NCBI GenBank assembly: GCA_012026655.1
Contig: JAAILG010001437.1
Span: forward strand, 1-64,000
Reading direction: 5' to 3'
DNA from: Hydrolagus affinis
Taxonomy: Eukaryota
Length of the DNA stretch: 64,000 bases
The position numbers and the translations under genes were made by a program. Below, piece by piece: positions 62,361 through 64,000 of the stretch; positions within the stretch are counted from its first letter, which is position 1, and each line of letters starts with the position of its first letter. Under the pieces are notes generated by a model that saw nothing but the letters and a program-made list of their open reading frames with translations, was not told the DNA's origin and ran no database searches.

Positions 62361-62824
62361 TCACTTAGGGTGACTAACTTTTCATGGTTTCAAATTGATA
62401 AACTGGAAGTAAACAAGTGGATTCCAGAATCTAGATCTGTAAGTTATAAAGAGAGAGACCCAATCTTACATGGTTAGATAATAATCTTTGCATTTGATAC
62501 AGCGCCTATCAAGTAGTGGCACCTGGTAAGGTGCCAACTATGTATCTTAGCTTTAGTTTAAGAGCCACTGAGAGATTGCAGGTCTGTGGATGTTTTGCTG
62601 GTGTTAGGGATGGATTTGTCACTGCGTGCATTTCCTTGGACCCAGATACATTCATGTAGGACGACAGAGATCAGATGCCAGTTCAGACAGCATGAATGTT
62701 GGCCTTCAGCACCTCGGGATGCCCTCCCGACATGAAAGGCGCTATACAAATGCAATTCTGTTGTTGTTGTGGGTCACACTTCAAATGTCACTGATTAAAG
62801 CCCTTTGACAATGAGTCCACAAAT

Positions 62825-63130
62825 GAATAATATTAATTCTTGCGTTGTTGAGACGTCTCAAAGTGTTTCACAGAATATTTTGTAAAGACTGTCTATTTTG
62901 TGGCGAACCATGGCAACCAGTTGCACACAGCATTGCTCACACAAGACCATGGAGTGAGTTAACAATTTTAGCTGAGGTATTGTTGACCCAGGACGCTGGG
63001 AGAAACTCCCTTTGGGCTCTTTAACATCTATCTGAACAGGCAGATGGGACTTCGGTTTAATGTCTCATCCGAAGGATGGCACCTCTGGCAATGCCCACCC
63101 CTCCCAGCATTGCACTTCAATGTCAACTTA
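62825..63130 (-). mobile_element. Deu-domain SINE
   Basis: Reverse core ctgaacaggcagatgggacttcggtttaatgtctcatccgaagg. Confidence 0.85.
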
Positions 63131-63196
63131 GACTTGATGGGATTGTGGAAGATCATGAGGCGTTGCAGCGTTCCTTATTTAATTCTGGTGAAGCTA

Positions 63197-63215
63197 TGGC
63201 CACCAGGTGGCAGAG
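63197..63215 (+). promoter_or_regulatory. CTCF-like motif
   Basis: TGGCCACCAGGTGGCAGAG closely matches the CTCF core CCASYAGRKGGCR; binding unproven. Confidence 0.5.
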
Positions 63216-63369
63216 TACTCTCGCCTACTCTGTCTCTCTGATATTCTCCTCCCTCACTCCTCCGTTGGGCTAACTTGGGCTTGCTGTGAGTTTCTCCCCC
63301 ACCCTCCCACTCAACCTTATCAATGGTGGCCATATTTCCCTAACATATAGAATTCGCTCCACCTCCAAA

Positions 63370-63605
63370 TTTTATTTGGGGGATTGTTGGCCAGGACACT
63401 GGGAGAAACTCCCTTCTCTTTTTGAATAGTGTCATGGGATCTTTAGCATCCACCTGAACAGGCAGATAAGGCCTTGGTTTAACATCTCATTCAAATGATG
63501 ACACCTCCGACAGAGCAACAACCCCCCAGCACTGCATTGGAACATCAGCTTAGGCTTTGTGATTCCAAATCCTCACGTGGGGCTTGAACCCACATCTTTC
63601 TGACT
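63370..63605 (-). mobile_element. Deu-domain SINE
   Basis: ggggattgttggccaggacactggg...catgggatctttagcatccacctgaacaggcag. Confidence 0.85.
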
Positions 63606-63639
63606 TGATCTATCTTCAAATTCTGCCCTAAAACCTACC

Positions 63640-63820
63640 TCTTTGATTGGCTGTGGCCACTCTCCTACTTCTCCCCTGTCCCCTGAGTATTTTCTAACTT
63701 TTCTCCACATCTTGTGGTGTCTATCTGCACCTCTTTAAAAGAGTAAACATTCGTCAGGCCCTTTTAGAATAGGGGAGTTGGAGTTCCATCATCAGAACTG
63801 CTTTAAGGATAGGATGCTCA
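63640..63820 (-). mobile_element. Diverged CR1 3' fragment
   Basis: ctacttctcccctgtcccctgag...gggagttggagttccatc resembles a reverse CR1 end. Confidence 0.5.
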
Positions 63821-64000
63821 CCAATGGACCCATGTAGAGAACCTGCCATCGCAAAATCTTACCATCAATGCCTTCGTAGCAAAATGTGACCTGCACAAGG
63901 CATTAACAGATCAAAGAATTATGCAGATTTCTGTGTAACATCTATCTCTCTTTCTCACTGTGGTGTATTTGAAGATGCATTGCTGATGGCACCAGTCAGC

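Noticed and set aside
1-64000. CRISPR-like array or prokaryotic operon
   Set aside because: Recurring motifs are irregularly spaced SINE/LINE ends on both strands; no constant repeat-spacer periodicity and no gene-dense ORFs.

Overview
Non-coding, repeat-dense vertebrate DNA with no intact protein-coding gene, rRNA, true tRNA or CRISPR array that I can support. The repeat set (tRNA-headed Deu-domain SINE, tRNA-Ala-headed CORE-like SINE, L2 and CR1 LINE 3' ends) points to a cartilaginous fish, plausibly a chimaera such as the elephant shark; this is inference from repeat families, not a database match. The window is a mosaic of SINE/LINE fossils, simple repeats and a 100-N gap (43927-44026), interleaved with unique motif-rich islands resembling conserved non-coding enhancers in a large intron or gene desert. 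Most notable: a 52/53 bp inverted repeat bracketing ~1.4 kb (44660-46231); an internally deleted endonuclease+RT LINE fossil unlike the local L2/CR1 (26570-27925); an unrecognised three-copy interspersed repeat; a 73-nt hairpin (38086-38158); a Tc1/mariner-type MITE; a degenerate 80-bp repeat; and a few weak exon candidates. Repeat boundaries were set by eye and are approximate. I found no convincing new multi-gene system.
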